Shown here: positions 9,254-18,093 of the stretch, piece by piece | Layout of the letters: every line of letters begins with the position of its first letter | Numbering within the stretch: position 1 is the first letter of the stretch | Origin: Gammaproteobacteria bacterium | GTDB lineage: Bacteria; Pseudomonadota; Gammaproteobacteria; Steroidobacterales; Woeseiaceae | NCBI GenBank assembly: GCA_004357475.1 | Contig: SMWE01000032.1 | Coordinates: 9,594-73,593 of the forward strand | Length of the DNA stretch: 64,000 nt | Reading direction: 5' to 3' | Position numbers and translations under genes: made by a program | Notes under the pieces: generated by a model | What the model saw: only the letters and a program-made list of their open reading frames with translations | Database searches by the model: none | What the model was told of the DNA's origin: nothing

Positions 9254-9929
9254 TGCTGTCGATCATCTCGAGCATCGCAGTAGCAGCTTCCTGTTCTGCA
9301 TCCCTGCGCGTGGATCCCTTGCCCGTTGTCACGGCATCGAGTTCCGGGATCGTACAGCTGACTTCGAAGGACTGCTTGTGTGCTTTGCCGCTTATGTTCT
9401 GCATTGCGTAATTCGGCAATGCCATCTTCCTGCCCTGCAAGTATTCCTGAAGCCGCGACTTCGGATCACGAAGATCGGCCGTCTCGGGAAGCTCGTGTAA
9501 TCTCTCGCCATAAGCCGTTTTAATAATTTCCCGGGCGCCCGCAAAGCCGGCATCGAGATAGACTGCACCAAAAATCGCCTCAAGGGCGTCCGCCAGAATG
9601 GAGGATCGGCGGTGCCCACCTGATTTTTTTTCACCGGTGCCCAGGATCAGGTGTTCGCCTATGCCGAGATCCGCAGCGACTTCGGCGAGCGTGGTATCTT
9701 TGACGAGCGTTGATCGCAGACGGCTCAGTTGTCCTTCACTGGCGTTTTGAGTTTCTTCATATACCAGCTCGGACACGACGAGTTGCAGAACCGCATCGCC
9801 AAGAAATTCCAGCCTTTCGTTATGCGGACGGCCGAGCGCACTACGATGCGTCAGCGCCCGCCGCAGCAGCAGCTCGTTTTCGAATGCATACGCCAGTGTT
9901 TGCTTCAGCCAGGCGGCGGCTTTGTCCAA
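9246..9929 (-). CDS. rnc: Ribonuclease III
   Basis: ALTHRS...NERLEFLGDAVL signature plus a C-terminal dsRBD. The apparent start codon is TTG. Confidence 0.95.
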   Translation of the reverse strand: MDKAAAWLKQTLAYAFENELLLRRALTHRSALGRPHNERLEFLGDAVLQLVVSELVYEETQNASEGQLSRLRSTLVKDTTLAEVAADLGIGEHLILGTGEKKSGGHRRSSILADALEAIFGAVYLDAGFAGAREIIKTAYGERLHELPETADLRDPKSRLQEYLQGRKMALPNYAMQNISGKAHKQSFEVSCTIPELDAVTTGKGSTRRDAEQEAATAMLEMIDSNE

Positions 9930-10026
9930 GGTATTTCGCTCTTGCCACAGATGTCCCTGCAGCTCATCCTGATTGTTCTGTGTACGATCAGGCTTTCCGC
10001 GTCCGATTGCAACCGGTCGCCGAAAT

Positions 10027-10371
10027 CTAGCGCCGGACCAGAACTTCCTTATCGAATTTGACCATAAAATGGACGTTGCCGATAAACGGCGTACTGTGAT
10101 TGTAGACTGCCTGGATCAGGAAACCACCGCTATCGCCCGTCACTTTAATGTCCCGGTAGGCAATGGCGCTGACGCTTTCCACATCGAATCGGCGGGAGAT
10201 TGAGGTGCGAATCGCGGCGCGTGTCGGATTCTTGCTATCAAACTCCTCGAATACGCCGTCGAGCACACCGACGACTTTCATGTAATTCAAATAGATCGGT
10301 GTCAGTCGAATCGCCGCAAATGCGAACAGTCCGACAAAAACAACCAGAATAATGAATCCGACTGCGGTCAT
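10027..10371 (-). CDS. DUF4845-family small membrane protein
   Basis: N-terminal TM helix followed by TPIYLNYMKV..., typical of the conserved gene between lepB and rnc. I chose the ATG at 10371, because the longer ORF to 10485 adds an Arg/Gly-rich extension of unlikely coding value. Confidence 0.6.
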   Translation of the reverse strand: MTAVGFIILVVFVGLFAFAAIRLTPIYLNYMKVVGVLDGVFEEFDSKNPTRAAIRTSISRRFDVESVSAIAYRDIKVTGDSGGFLIQAVYNHSTPFIGNVHFMVKFDKEVLVRR

Positions 10372-10573
10372 GCCCCCCTCACGCGGTGCCGATCTGCCAG
10401 CGCGCGAGTCGTGCCGGAAAATTCGCGTTCCTCCGCGGGTTCCAGCCGGGCGGCGACCACTCTTGTGTTTTGTTCCTGTATTCATCGACTTACCTGCTTT
10501 GCTTGCAAATTTGCAGTTGTTTCATCCCGAATCTTGCGCAATTTTAACGGTCCAATCAGTGACTTGCACCTCA

Positions 10574-11341
10574 TTATTGTATCTTTGTCCCGATCCGGCT
10601 CCACGCCGGCCACTCGAGCCCGTCCATGTGCATCCAGATGCGCACCGCCTCGCCAACCAGGTGGGTTTCGGGTATGTCACCGATGTAGCGGCTGTCCTGG
10701 CTGTTGTCCCGGTTGTCACCCATCATGAAGTAGTGGCCTTCAGGCACGGTGTACACGCGTTCGGTTGCCCGGCTGCCCGGTCTCGAAATGCGGATTTCGT
10801 GCTCGCGTCCGTCGAGCACTTCAATGAATATCAGGCCGGAATCCTGCAGCCGTGTTTCAGGATGTCTTGTGAGCGGCATTTGCTGGCCGTTTACGAACAG
10901 CTGGTGATCCTGGTAAGAAACTGTATCGCCCGGCAACCCGACGACCCGCTTGATGTAATTGATGCTCGGATCGGATGGCAGACGAAACACTACTACATCG
11001 CCGCGCTGCGGCGATCCGGTTTCGAAAAACTTTTTGTCGATTACCGGCCAACGCAAACCGTAGGAATACTTTTTGACGAAAATATAATCCCCTTGTAGCA
11101 GAGTCGGCATCATGGAACCCGATGGAATCCGGAACGGTTCGAAAATGAACGACCGAATAATGAGAACGAAAAGGAGCACCGGGAAGAAAGACCGCGAATA
11201 CTCAATCAAGATATTGATGGCACGATTACCGCTACCGCCCGATGCTTCGATCTTCTTTTGGTAGTAGAAACGGTTAAACGCTACTACCACGCCTGACACG
11301 GCGGTCAGGACGGAAAGTATCAATGCCAGGTTAATGCTCAA
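10574..11341 (-). CDS. lepB: Signal peptidase I
   Basis: SGSMMPTL (catalytic Ser box), YIKRVVGLPGD and GDNRDNSQDSRY boxes. Confidence 0.92.
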   Translation of the reverse strand: MSINLALILSVLTAVSGVVVAFNRFYYQKKIEASGGSGNRAINILIEYSRSFFPVLLFVLIIRSFIFEPFRIPSGSMMPTLLQGDYIFVKKYSYGLRWPVIDKKFFETGSPQRGDVVVFRLPSDPSINYIKRVVGLPGDTVSYQDHQLFVNGQQMPLTRHPETRLQDSGLIFIEVLDGREHEIRISRPGSRATERVYTVPEGHYFMMGDNRDNSQDSRYIGDIPETHLVGEAVRIWMHMDGLEWPAWSRIGTKIQ

Positions 11342-11351
11342 TGCTTAAATC

Positions 11352-13154
11352 TCACTTATCGACACGCAGGACAGCGAGAAATGCTTCCTGCGGAATTTGT
11401 ACGGAGCCGATCTGTTTCATGCGCTTCTTACCGGCTTTCTGTTTTTCCAGCAATTTTCGCTTGCGCGAAATATCGCCACCATAACATTTGGCGGTGACAT
11501 TTTTCCGTAAGGCTTTCACCGTACTACGTGAAATGACTTGACTTCCGATTGCCGCCTGAATGGCAACGTCAAACATTTGACGGGGAATCAGTTTACGCAT
11601 CTTTTCCACTAATTCCCGGCCACGGGCCTTGGCATTATCACGATGCACAATAATCGATAATGCGTCTACATGCTCATTATTGATCAGTGTGTCGAGACGC
11701 ACCAGCGGTGCCGCCTGAAATCGCTCGAAATGATATTCAAAAGAAGCATAGCCGCGACTGATCGATTTTAAACGATCAAAAAAATCGAGTACTACTTCCG
11801 CGAGTGGCAGTTCATATTCGATTGACATCTGCCCACCGAGATAGCGCAACTGTTTTTGCACACCTCGCTTCTCTATGCACAGTTTCATCACAGCACCTAC
11901 ATATGCTTCGGGCACCAGGATATTTGCGGTAATAATCGGTTCGCGGAGTTCGACGATCTCGGTGGCCGGTGGAAGGTTGGCAGGATTATCGACATAGTCG
12001 ACCTTATCGCCGGCGAGCAGGACCTCAAACACTACAGTTGGCGCGGTGGTTATCAGGTCCAGTCCGTATTCACGCTCCAGCCGTTCCTGCACGATCTCCA
12101 TGTGCAACATGCCGAGGAAACCGCAGCGAAAGCCGAAGCCGAGTGCTGCTGAAGTCTCCGGCTCAAAATGCAGTGCGGCATCATTCAGGCGCAATTTCTG
12201 CAGTGCGTCTCTGAAAGCTTCGTAGTCCTCGGACTGCATCGGAAACAAGCCGGCGAATACGCGTGGCTGTATTTGCTTGAAACCCGGCAACGGCTGATCG
12301 CAGGGATTCTTTGTAAGGGTCAGGGTATCGCCAACAGGTGCACCGTAGATATCCTTGATGCCTGCAATAACAAATCCAACCTCGCCTGTTGCCAATGCGG
12401 GCCGGTCCTTCATCTTCGGCGTAAAGCTGCCGACTCGGTCCGCCACATATGACCGTTCGGTCGACATCACTGTGATCTTGCTGCCCTTCGGTAACTTGCC
12501 GTTGACCACCCGAACCAGGGATACTACACCGACATAGTTATCGAACCAGGAATCGATGATCAGCGCCTGTAGCGGACTGTCGGGATCGCCAGTTGGCGCC
12601 GGAATTGTTTTGACCAGGTGTTCCAGCAACTCCGGGACGCCCTCACCTGTCTTTGCGCTGACCTGCACGGCGTCTGATGCGTCGATGCCGATGATTTCCT
12701 CGATCTCCTTTACCACTTTGTCGGGGTCCGCCGCGGGCAAATCGATCTTGTTGAGCACCGGCAAAACCTCGAGGCCCATATCGATTGCCATAACACAGTT
12801 GGCGACGCTCTGTGCTTCGACACCTTGTGCCGCATCGACCACCAGCAATGCGCCCTCGCAGGCGGCGAGGGAACGCGATACTTCGTAAGAGAAGTCGACA
12901 TGCCCCGGTGTATCGATGAAATTGAGCTGGTATTCGATACCATCCGGCGCACTGTAATTCAGCGACACACTCTGAGCCTTGATCGTTATGCCGCGTTCCC
13001 GCTCGAGGTCCATCGAATCCAGCACCTGCTCGGTCATCTCCCTCTCCTGCAGGCCACCGCAGTGCTGGATAAAACGATCGGCCAGGGTCGACTTGCCGTG
13101 ATCGATGTGCGCAATAATCGAGAAGTTGCGGATAGTGTGCGTTGCGGGTTTCAT
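11352..13154 (-). CDS. lepA: Elongation factor 4 (LepA)
   Basis: [29 protein letters not shown] and the LepA C-terminal domain. The start is set at the ATG at 13154 ([11 protein letters not shown]), and the ORF-track extension to 13307 overlaps the upstream glutaredoxin-like gene. Confidence 0.95.
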   Translation of the reverse strand: MKPATHTIRNFSIIAHIDHGKSTLADRFIQHCGGLQEREMTEQVLDSMDLERERGITIKAQSVSLNYSAPDGIEYQLNFIDTPGHVDFSYEVSRSLAACEGALLVVDAAQGVEAQSVANCVMAIDMGLEVLPVLNKIDLPAADPDKVVKEIEEIIGIDASDAVQVSAKTGEGVPELLEHLVKTIPAPTGDPDSPLQALIIDSWFDNYVGVVSLVRVVNGKLPKGSKITVMSTERSYVADRVGSFTPKMKDRPALATGEVGFVIAGIKDIYGAPVGDTLTLTKNPCDQPLPGFKQIQPRVFAGLFPMQSEDYEAFRDALQKLRLNDAALHFEPETSAALGFGFRCGFLGMLHMEIVQERLEREYGLDLITTAPTVVFEVLLAGDKVDYVDNPANLPPATEIVELREPIITANILVPEAYVGAVMKLCIEKRGVQKQLRYLGGQMSIEYELPLAEVVLDFFDRLKSISRGYASFEYHFERFQAAPLVRLDTLINNEHVDALSIIVHRDNAKARGRELVEKMRKLIPRQMFDVAIQAAIGSQVISRSTVKALRKNVTAKCYGGDISRKRKLLEKQKAGKKRMKQIGSVQIPQEAFLAVLRVDK

Positions 13155-13471
13155 AGGCGCGGCGAAGTATATACGTTCCGCCGCGCCTGTGAGCCTGGCA
13201 GATTGCGCAAAACACTGCGAATGGCTGCAGCGTCCAAATGGTACTGACAAAGGGTCTGACCAGCATATTCCACGACTGGTATCCGCATGCCGTACTTCTC
13301 CGTCCAATCCGGGCGCGTATCGATGTTCAGTACTTCGAGATCGAGGCGACCGCGAATCAGAGGCAAAAGTTCGTCAATGAGCAGTTCACACAAGTGACAA
13401 CCGGGTCTTGTGTAAACGCAAATTCTGCTGCGGTCATGCGACTCAGGAAGCATCGTCGGCCGGCCCGGCAA
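13151..13471 (-). CDS. Glutaredoxin-like (DUF836/thioredoxin-fold) protein
   Basis: [13 protein letters not shown] (CxxC) followed by IPVV..., a typical small Grx-like fold. Its stop overlaps the lepA start in an ATGA (13151-13154). An alternative start lies at 13453. Confidence 0.7.
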   Translation of the reverse strand: MPGRPTMLPESHDRSRICVYTRPGCHLCELLIDELLPLIRGRLDLEVLNIDTRPDWTEKYGMRIPVVEYAGQTLCQYHLDAAAIRSVLRNLPGSQARRNVYTSPRL

Positions 13472-13889
13472 TTTTCGGGACGAATTGCTTCAGGCAATCG
13501 CGCCGGTTAAGTTGCCAACGGCCGGCAAGAAGCCCTGCCGTGAGGCCAGCTATGGAATACGCAATGGCCTCCGGGTCGGACAACGGTCTGCTAATCAGCC
13601 AGCCGGCAGCCAGCATCAGGACGATTCCTGCCAGGGGTAATCCATAGACGAGCAATGATGCGTGCAACAGGTGCGATGGCTCGAGTGTCAGCCTGACCTC
13701 ATCGCCCTCGCTTAGCCTTAAGTGCGGAGATAAAGATACTTCCAGCATGGCCGGGCGTGTCGAACCACTCAGGAGTCCTGCGCCACAGCCTTTCCCGGCG
13801 GCGCACCTCGGACAGGCCGCGGTCCGTTCGACAGCAACCGTGGCTCTGTCCTGCCTGATCGAGATAATTTTTCCAACTGGAGAGTCCAT
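13443..13889 (-). CDS. rseC: SoxR-reducing-system / sigmaE regulatory protein RseC family
   Basis: N-terminal CPRCAAGKGCGAG motif plus two C-terminal TM helices. Positioned after rseB. Confidence 0.75.
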   Translation of the reverse strand: MDSPVGKIISIRQDRATVAVERTAACPRCAAGKGCGAGLLSGSTRPAMLEVSLSPHLRLSEGDEVRLTLEPSHLLHASLLVYGLPLAGIVLMLAAGWLISRPLSDPEAIAYSIAGLTAGLLAGRWQLNRRDCLKQFVPKIAGPADDAS

Positions 13890-14046
13890 ACGGGCGTTAT
13901 TTTACGAGATTCAGGAGCCGTAGACAGCCCGCCGGGCTTCGGCGCGTATTTTAAGATCAGTGCCACAGTTCCGGTTCTCCGTTGAAACAGCCATCCAAGG
14001 CTGTTTCAACGTCGCCATTCGAAAAACATACTGTTTCAGCAGGCTG

Positions 14047-15021
14047 CTACTTCTGCTGCATGGAGGTAGCGATGCGTTGTACGGTCACAGCCGGAACCTC
14101 ACCGACAACGGTAATCTGGAAATCACCCTGCTGAATGCTGTAGGTGTTGGATGCGCCAACACTGGACTTCTCGGCAATTTTTGCATCATTCTTTTCGGCA
14201 ATGAATACCGACACTGTCGCCATGCCATCGCTATACACAACATGTGTTACCGGCGCATCGGCACCCGGCAGCTGTTCGGTCTTGCTCGATGTAACCCGGA
14301 ATCCGGATGGCAGGTTGGTACTTTCCCAGTTCGTATCCACGTCCACCGCGTCGTAGCCCGCAGCCCCCCTGAACCAGCTGAAGTTCTCCAGACTCATGGA
14401 AGGGGCGAGTGCATTTTTGCTGATGTTGCCGCCGATCCTGATATCAGCAAACTTGATTTGCCCGATCAACTCACCATCGATACTCACTATCTCGGTTTTC
14501 AGCGGAAAAGATGTTACCTCGTCGAGCCAGATGCGGTGACCATAACGAAATTCATCGTGCGGCCGAATTGCCAGCATGATCGCCTGCCGGCCGGCGACCC
14601 GGTCTTCGCGGACAATCGAAACATCGTAATCGGCACCGTAACGAATCTCGCTGCTCGGCAGTGCCGAAAAAAGCGTGCTCTGGTTGTTCCAGTCTTCGAT
14701 CAGCACCGTTTGTTTGTCCGGCAAAATGCAATGCACTTCATTGCCGATTCGAATAATTTCGAGCCCGGACCCTTCCTGAGAAACCAGTTTTTCGTGGATT
14801 ACGCCGTCTATTATTTTGTGCACAATCCTGAGTGCTTCAGATTCGCCGTTTTCTGTCCGAATGACCGTGCCTTCATAGTCGATAACGTTGACCACGTAAT
14901 TCATTCGATCGAGCAACTCGTCCGGACTCGACTGCGCCCAGGCGGTCACCGAACAAGCCGTCAACACCATAGCCATAGTAAGGGTTGCAAGGTACCTGAA
15001 GCTTTGGATGTTACGAATCAT
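14047..15021 (-). CDS. rseB: SigmaE regulatory protein RseB/MucB
   Basis: Signal peptide, correct length (324 aa) and position after the anti-sigma factor. Sequence is MucB/RseB-like throughout. Confidence 0.85.
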   Translation of the reverse strand: MIRNIQSFRYLATLTMAMVLTACSVTAWAQSSPDELLDRMNYVVNVIDYEGTVIRTENGESEALRIVHKIIDGVIHEKLVSQEGSGLEIIRIGNEVHCILPDKQTVLIEDWNNQSTLFSALPSSEIRYGADYDVSIVREDRVAGRQAIMLAIRPHDEFRYGHRIWLDEVTSFPLKTEIVSIDGELIGQIKFADIRIGGNISKNALAPSMSLENFSWFRGAAGYDAVDVDTNWESTNLPSGFRVTSSKTEQLPGADAPVTHVVYSDGMATVSVFIAEKNDAKIAEKSSVGASNTYSIQQGDFQITVVGEVPAVTVQRIATSMQQK

Positions 15022-15034
15022 GGAATTATTCTTG

Positions 15035-15661
15035 TTACGGGGTATCGACCGCAGATTCTTCTTCTTCGTCCGGTTCGGCCGCCGCTGATGGTAGCAGGTG
15101 CGGATCCGGCCCGACCTCGATCAGCTCGCGACTTTCCAGCGAAATAACCCGCGTGCGAATACCGTTCGGACCCATGCCGGGAGATGAATCGTCGTGACTC
15201 AGGTAGTACTGCATCAACATTTGGCTCGGCTGATCGGCAAGCACCTGATCAACTGCGGGCTCCGTATAGATGACCGGGCCGTCATCGATCGCCACTGCAC
15301 GCTGCAGCAGCGGATCTCCCGGACCCTGAATCTGACTAAGCCCGATCAGGGCGAGCGCGGCAACCGTCGCGGCGACTGCAACCCCGGTGGAGGGCGTCAT
15401 CAAACGCGATCCAACCACCTTTGGCTCATCGTCCGGCCGTGCCAGCCCGTCGCCCAGGGCCTGCGCAATGCGGCCACGCAGCTGAATCATTCCGGGAACT
15501 TCCCGGTCCAGGCGCATCCGCCGTCCAATGTCGAGATATTCTGAAACCTGTTCTCTCAGGGCGTCATCCTGGCTCAACCGCCGTATCAACAGCTCCGATT
15601 CATTCTCCGGCAATTCGCCGTCGACGAAAGCTGATATCTGCATTTTTAACGCGTCGTTCAT
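15035..15661 (-). CDS. rseA: Anti-sigma-E factor RseA/MucA
   Basis: N-terminus MNDALKMQISAFVDGELPENE is the conserved RseA_N motif, and there is a single central TM segment. ATG chosen at 15661. Confidence 0.8.
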   Translation of the reverse strand: MNDALKMQISAFVDGELPENESELLIRRLSQDDALREQVSEYLDIGRRMRLDREVPGMIQLRGRIAQALGDGLARPDDEPKVVGSRLMTPSTGVAVAATVAALALIGLSQIQGPGDPLLQRAVAIDDGPVIYTEPAVDQVLADQPSQMLMQYYLSHDDSSPGMGPNGIRTRVISLESRELIEVGPDPHLLPSAAAEPDEEEESAVDTP

Positions 15662-15796
15662 ACGTCCCCGCACCGGGCCTGCACCCATAATCTACCGTTC
15701 ATCTACCGCAGCGCCAAGTCTTTGTTGGCATATCCCGGCTCAAATTAATCAATCAAGCTGCCAGGCCTGTCCAGCCACCAATTCATTCGCACTGTT

Positions 15797-16372
15797 CTAA
15801 TCAATCAAGGTACCAATCCTTTTACCAATAGCGTCACGCGCACGAAAAATCCTTGATCGCACCGTGCCTACCGGGCAGTCCATTGTTTGTGCAATCTCTT
15901 CGTAACTCATTCCATCGAGCTCCCGCAAAATAATGGCTGTCCGCAAATCGTCAGGTAGTCCGTCAATGGCGCGCTCCACCGTTTCGTGCAGTTCCTGGCT
16001 AAGTGTCATACCCTCAGGCGTGTCGGTCTCCCTGAGCTTCACATGCAGTTCATATTGCTCCGGGTCCTGCAGGTCCAGTTCGACATCCATCGGGCGTCGT
16101 CGCTGTGCGGCCAGGTAATTTTTTGCCGTATTCACCGCGATCCTGTAGAGCCACGTATAAAACGCGCTCTCACCACGAAACCTGGGCAACGCCCGGTAGG
16201 CCTTGAGGAAAGCTTCCTGGGAGATGTCCAAAGCCTGGTCCGGATCCCGTACATAACGCATCACCAGATTGACGATTTTGTGCTGGTACTTAAGCACCAG
16301 CAGATCAAAAGCACCTTTTTCACCCTTTTGGACGCGCCGCACCAATTGGGCGTCGGTAGGCTCAGTCGCCAT
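15797..16372 (-). CDS. rpoE: ECF sigma factor RpoE/AlgU (sigma-24)
   Basis: DAQLVRRVQKGEKGAFDLLVLKYQHKI..., with conserved regions 2 and 4. ATG chosen at 16372 (MATEPTD). Confidence 0.95.
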   Translation of the reverse strand: MATEPTDAQLVRRVQKGEKGAFDLLVLKYQHKIVNLVMRYVRDPDQALDISQEAFLKAYRALPRFRGESAFYTWLYRIAVNTAKNYLAAQRRRPMDVELDLQDPEQYELHVKLRETDTPEGMTLSQELHETVERAIDGLPDDLRTAIILRELDGMSYEEIAQTMDCPVGTVRSRIFRARDAIGKRIGTLID

Positions 16373-16418
16373 ATTACAACGCCCCACTCGCAGAGTGGCT
16401 CAGCCAACCAACTCTCGG

Positions 16419-16445
16419 ATAGACCCCGGCAAATCCGGAAAGTTC
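16419..16445 (-). promoter_or_regulatory. SigmaE-type (autoregulated) promoter upstream of rpoE
   Basis: Minus strand reads GAACTT (16445-16440), a 16-nt spacer, then TCTAT (16423-16419). This matches the GGAACTT-N16-TCnaA sigmaE/AlgU consensus and lies about 45 nt upstream of the rpoE ATG. Confidence 0.55.
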
Positions 16446-16548
16446 TCTAAACACCGCATGAATCATGGGTTTTTGTACCCGAACTGTGATCTCTGTCCAT
16501 AGTCTGTTTGCTGCCATTCGGGCCCAATTCTCCAAGCCGCAAATGGTA

Positions 16549-17007
16549 TCAGCTTCCATCCTGGCGGCCAAAGGCCGTGCGACTATGCCGCCAAATCAGT
16601 TGCAGGCGTTGCCACTCAAGGTCCCTGCCCGGGTTTCCTCGCAGCAGTTCCCCATATCGGCTGCCGTCGGGAAAGCGTACCCAAAGCCAGCCCAGGCGGG
16701 ACAGGACGATGCTGCCCGAAAGCAAGGTCAGCACTTCGCGACGACCATCCGGCGCAATGCCCGAAATATTACCCGCAGCGTCCAGTCGTATAAACCGCAG
16801 CCGTGCGGCACCGCGGGCAAGCCCCCTGAGTTCGCGAAGACTCTCGCCAACCCAGGCAGCGGCGAGCAGAATCCGCCAAACCGCGGCCAGCGGCATAAAC
16901 AGGATCAGGACAAGGCCCGTCATCATCGCCAGAGCGCCGCACAGAAGCACGCATTGTCGCAGCCGCGGTTCAGGCGTGAGGACGGTCTCGAATCTGGTTG
17001 ACGACAT
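16549..17007 (-). CDS. ygfX: YgfX/CptA-family inner-membrane protein
   Basis: Two N-terminal TM helices and a C-terminal region with LEWQRLQLIW resembling E. coli YgfX (...EAEWRDLRRIL...). Immediately follows sdhE as in E. coli. The start is uncertain, and the longest ORF overlaps sdhE by 38 nt. Confidence 0.65.
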   Translation of the reverse strand: MSSTRFETVLTPEPRLRQCVLLCGALAMMTGLVLILFMPLAAVWRILLAAAWVGESLRELRGLARGAARLRFIRLDAAGNISGIAPDGRREVLTLLSGSIVLSRLGWLWVRFPDGSRYGELLRGNPGRDLEWQRLQLIWRHSRTAFGRQDGS

Positions 17008-17209
17008 TGGCTAGCGCGGCATTTGGGGGCGACTGTCCGCCCAACAAATAACCGATCAGATCCGGGTCGGGAAGCGCCAGAAGTTCGCGAAACGCCTGCT
17101 TTTGGTCCTCGCTTGCCTGCAGGTAGCCGTTTTCGAAATGTTTGGTGAGGAGAATGTCCAGCTCACGCATGCCGCGCCTGCATTGCCACCTCAGCTGAGC
17201 ATCGTTCAT
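16970..17209 (-). CDS. sdhE: FAD assembly factor SdhE (YgfY/CptB)
   Basis: RWQCRRGMRELDIL... and DPDL motifs are typical SdhE. 79 aa. Confidence 0.88.
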   Translation of the reverse strand: MNDAQLRWQCRRGMRELDILLTKHFENGYLQASEDQKQAFRELLALPDPDLIGYLLGGQSPPNAALANVVNQIRDRPHA

Positions 17210-17244
17210 AGACAGACTCCGATGTTGGGGTCACCCATTGCCGT

Positions 17245-17275
17245 CTCATAAACATCGCCCGCCGGGGCGGGCGAT
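17245..17275 (-). terminator. Possible intrinsic terminator after sdhB
   Basis: GC-rich palindrome ATCGCCCGCC/GGCGGGCGAT (17254-17275), followed on the minus strand by GTTTAT. The U-tract is short, so this is only moderately supported. Confidence 0.4.
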
Positions 17276-17307
17276 CGGAGGTACAGCTTGCGGAGATCTC
17301 ACTGCCG

Positions 17308-18093
17308 CTAGTGCCTTCTTTCCGCCAGCATTCTTTTGGTTTCGGCGATCGCTTTGGCCGGGTTGAGGCCCTTGGGGCAGGCAGGGGTGCAGTTCATGAT
17401 CGTGTGACAGCGATACAGGCGGAATGGGTCCTCAAGATCATCCAGCCGCTCGCCCTTTGCCTCGTCGCGGCTGTCGATCAACCAGCGATAGGCCGCCAGC
17501 AATGCCGCCGGACCGAGGAAACGATCGCTGTTCCACCAGTAACTCGGGCAGGCGGTCGAACAACAGGCGCAGAGAATGCACGCGGCCGGTTCGTCGACCA
17601 GTTCCTGGTCCGACTTGCTTTGCAGTCTCTCGCGATCGGGCGGCGGCGGTGTGCGTGTCTGCAACCACGGCTTGATCGAGGCGTACTGCGCATAAAAATT
17701 AGTGAGATCAGGAACGAGGTCTTTCACGATCGGCATGTGCGGCAATGGATACACTTTTATTATTTTGCCCTTGACGCCCGCGGAGGTGACAGTACAGGCG
17801 AGCGTATTGCTGCCGGCAATATTCATCGCGCAGGAGCCGCAAATTCCTTCGCGGCACGATCGCCTGAACGTCAGCGTTGCATCGATTTCGTCCTTGATCT
17901 TGATCAGGACGTCCAGCACCATCGGGCCACAGCTATCCATGTCCACATCGTAGGTATCCATGCGCGGATTTTCGCCAGAGTCCGGATCAAAACGGTAGAC
18001 GGCGAAACGGCGCACGTTGGCGGCACCCTCGGCTGCCGGAAAATGCCTGCCCTTCTTAATTCGCGAATTGGGTGGGAGTCGAAAATCAGCCAT
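17308..18093 (-). CDS. sdhB: Succinate dehydrogenase iron-sulfur subunit
   Basis: [29 protein letters not shown] and [15 protein letters not shown] cluster motifs. The ATG at 18093 overlaps the sdhA stop (TGATG), and the longer ORF-track start at 18198 lies inside sdhA. Confidence 0.95.
   Translation of the reverse strand: MADFRLPPNSRIKKGRHFPAAEGAANVRRFAVYRFDPDSGENPRMDTYDVDMDSCGPMVLDVLIKIKDEIDATLTFRRSCREGICGSCAMNIAGSNTLACTVTSAGVKGKIIKVYPLPHMPIVKDLVPDLTNFYAQYASIKPWLQTRTPPPPDRERLQSKSDQELVDEPAACILCACCSTACPSYWWNSDRFLGPAALLAAYRWLIDSRDEAKGERLDDLEDPFRLYRCHTIMNCTPACPKGLNPAKAIAETKRMLAERRH

Noticed and set aside
9930-10026. CCTGAT-N13-ATCAGG stem in the rnc leader as a possible RNase III autoregulatory hairpin
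   Set aside because: The stem is only 6 bp, far shorter than the long duplex used for rnc autoregulation in E. coli. This is speculative without structure or conservation data.
10504-10515. 12-bp perfect palindrome TGCAAATTTGCA in the ~200-nt lepB-DUF4845 spacer
   Set aside because: It is short and AT-rich, so it could occur by chance. I recognise no matching operator consensus. It may merely reflect an uncertain start of the downstream gene.
13155-13307. N-terminal extensions offered by the ORF track for lepA (similar cases: sdhB to 18198, fabZ to 54394, lpxA to 53732, cdsA to 60742, the TerB-like gene from 22393, the S9 peptidase from 34981)
   Set aside because: The extensions overlap the upstream gene or non-coding leaders. 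They precede internal starts that reproduce the canonical N-termini of each family.
13960-15147. 395-aa plus-strand ORF antisense to rseB and the rseA 3' end
   Set aside because: Same reasoning as above. The opposite strand encodes recognisable RseB in the expected operon context, and no motif or start context supports this ORF.
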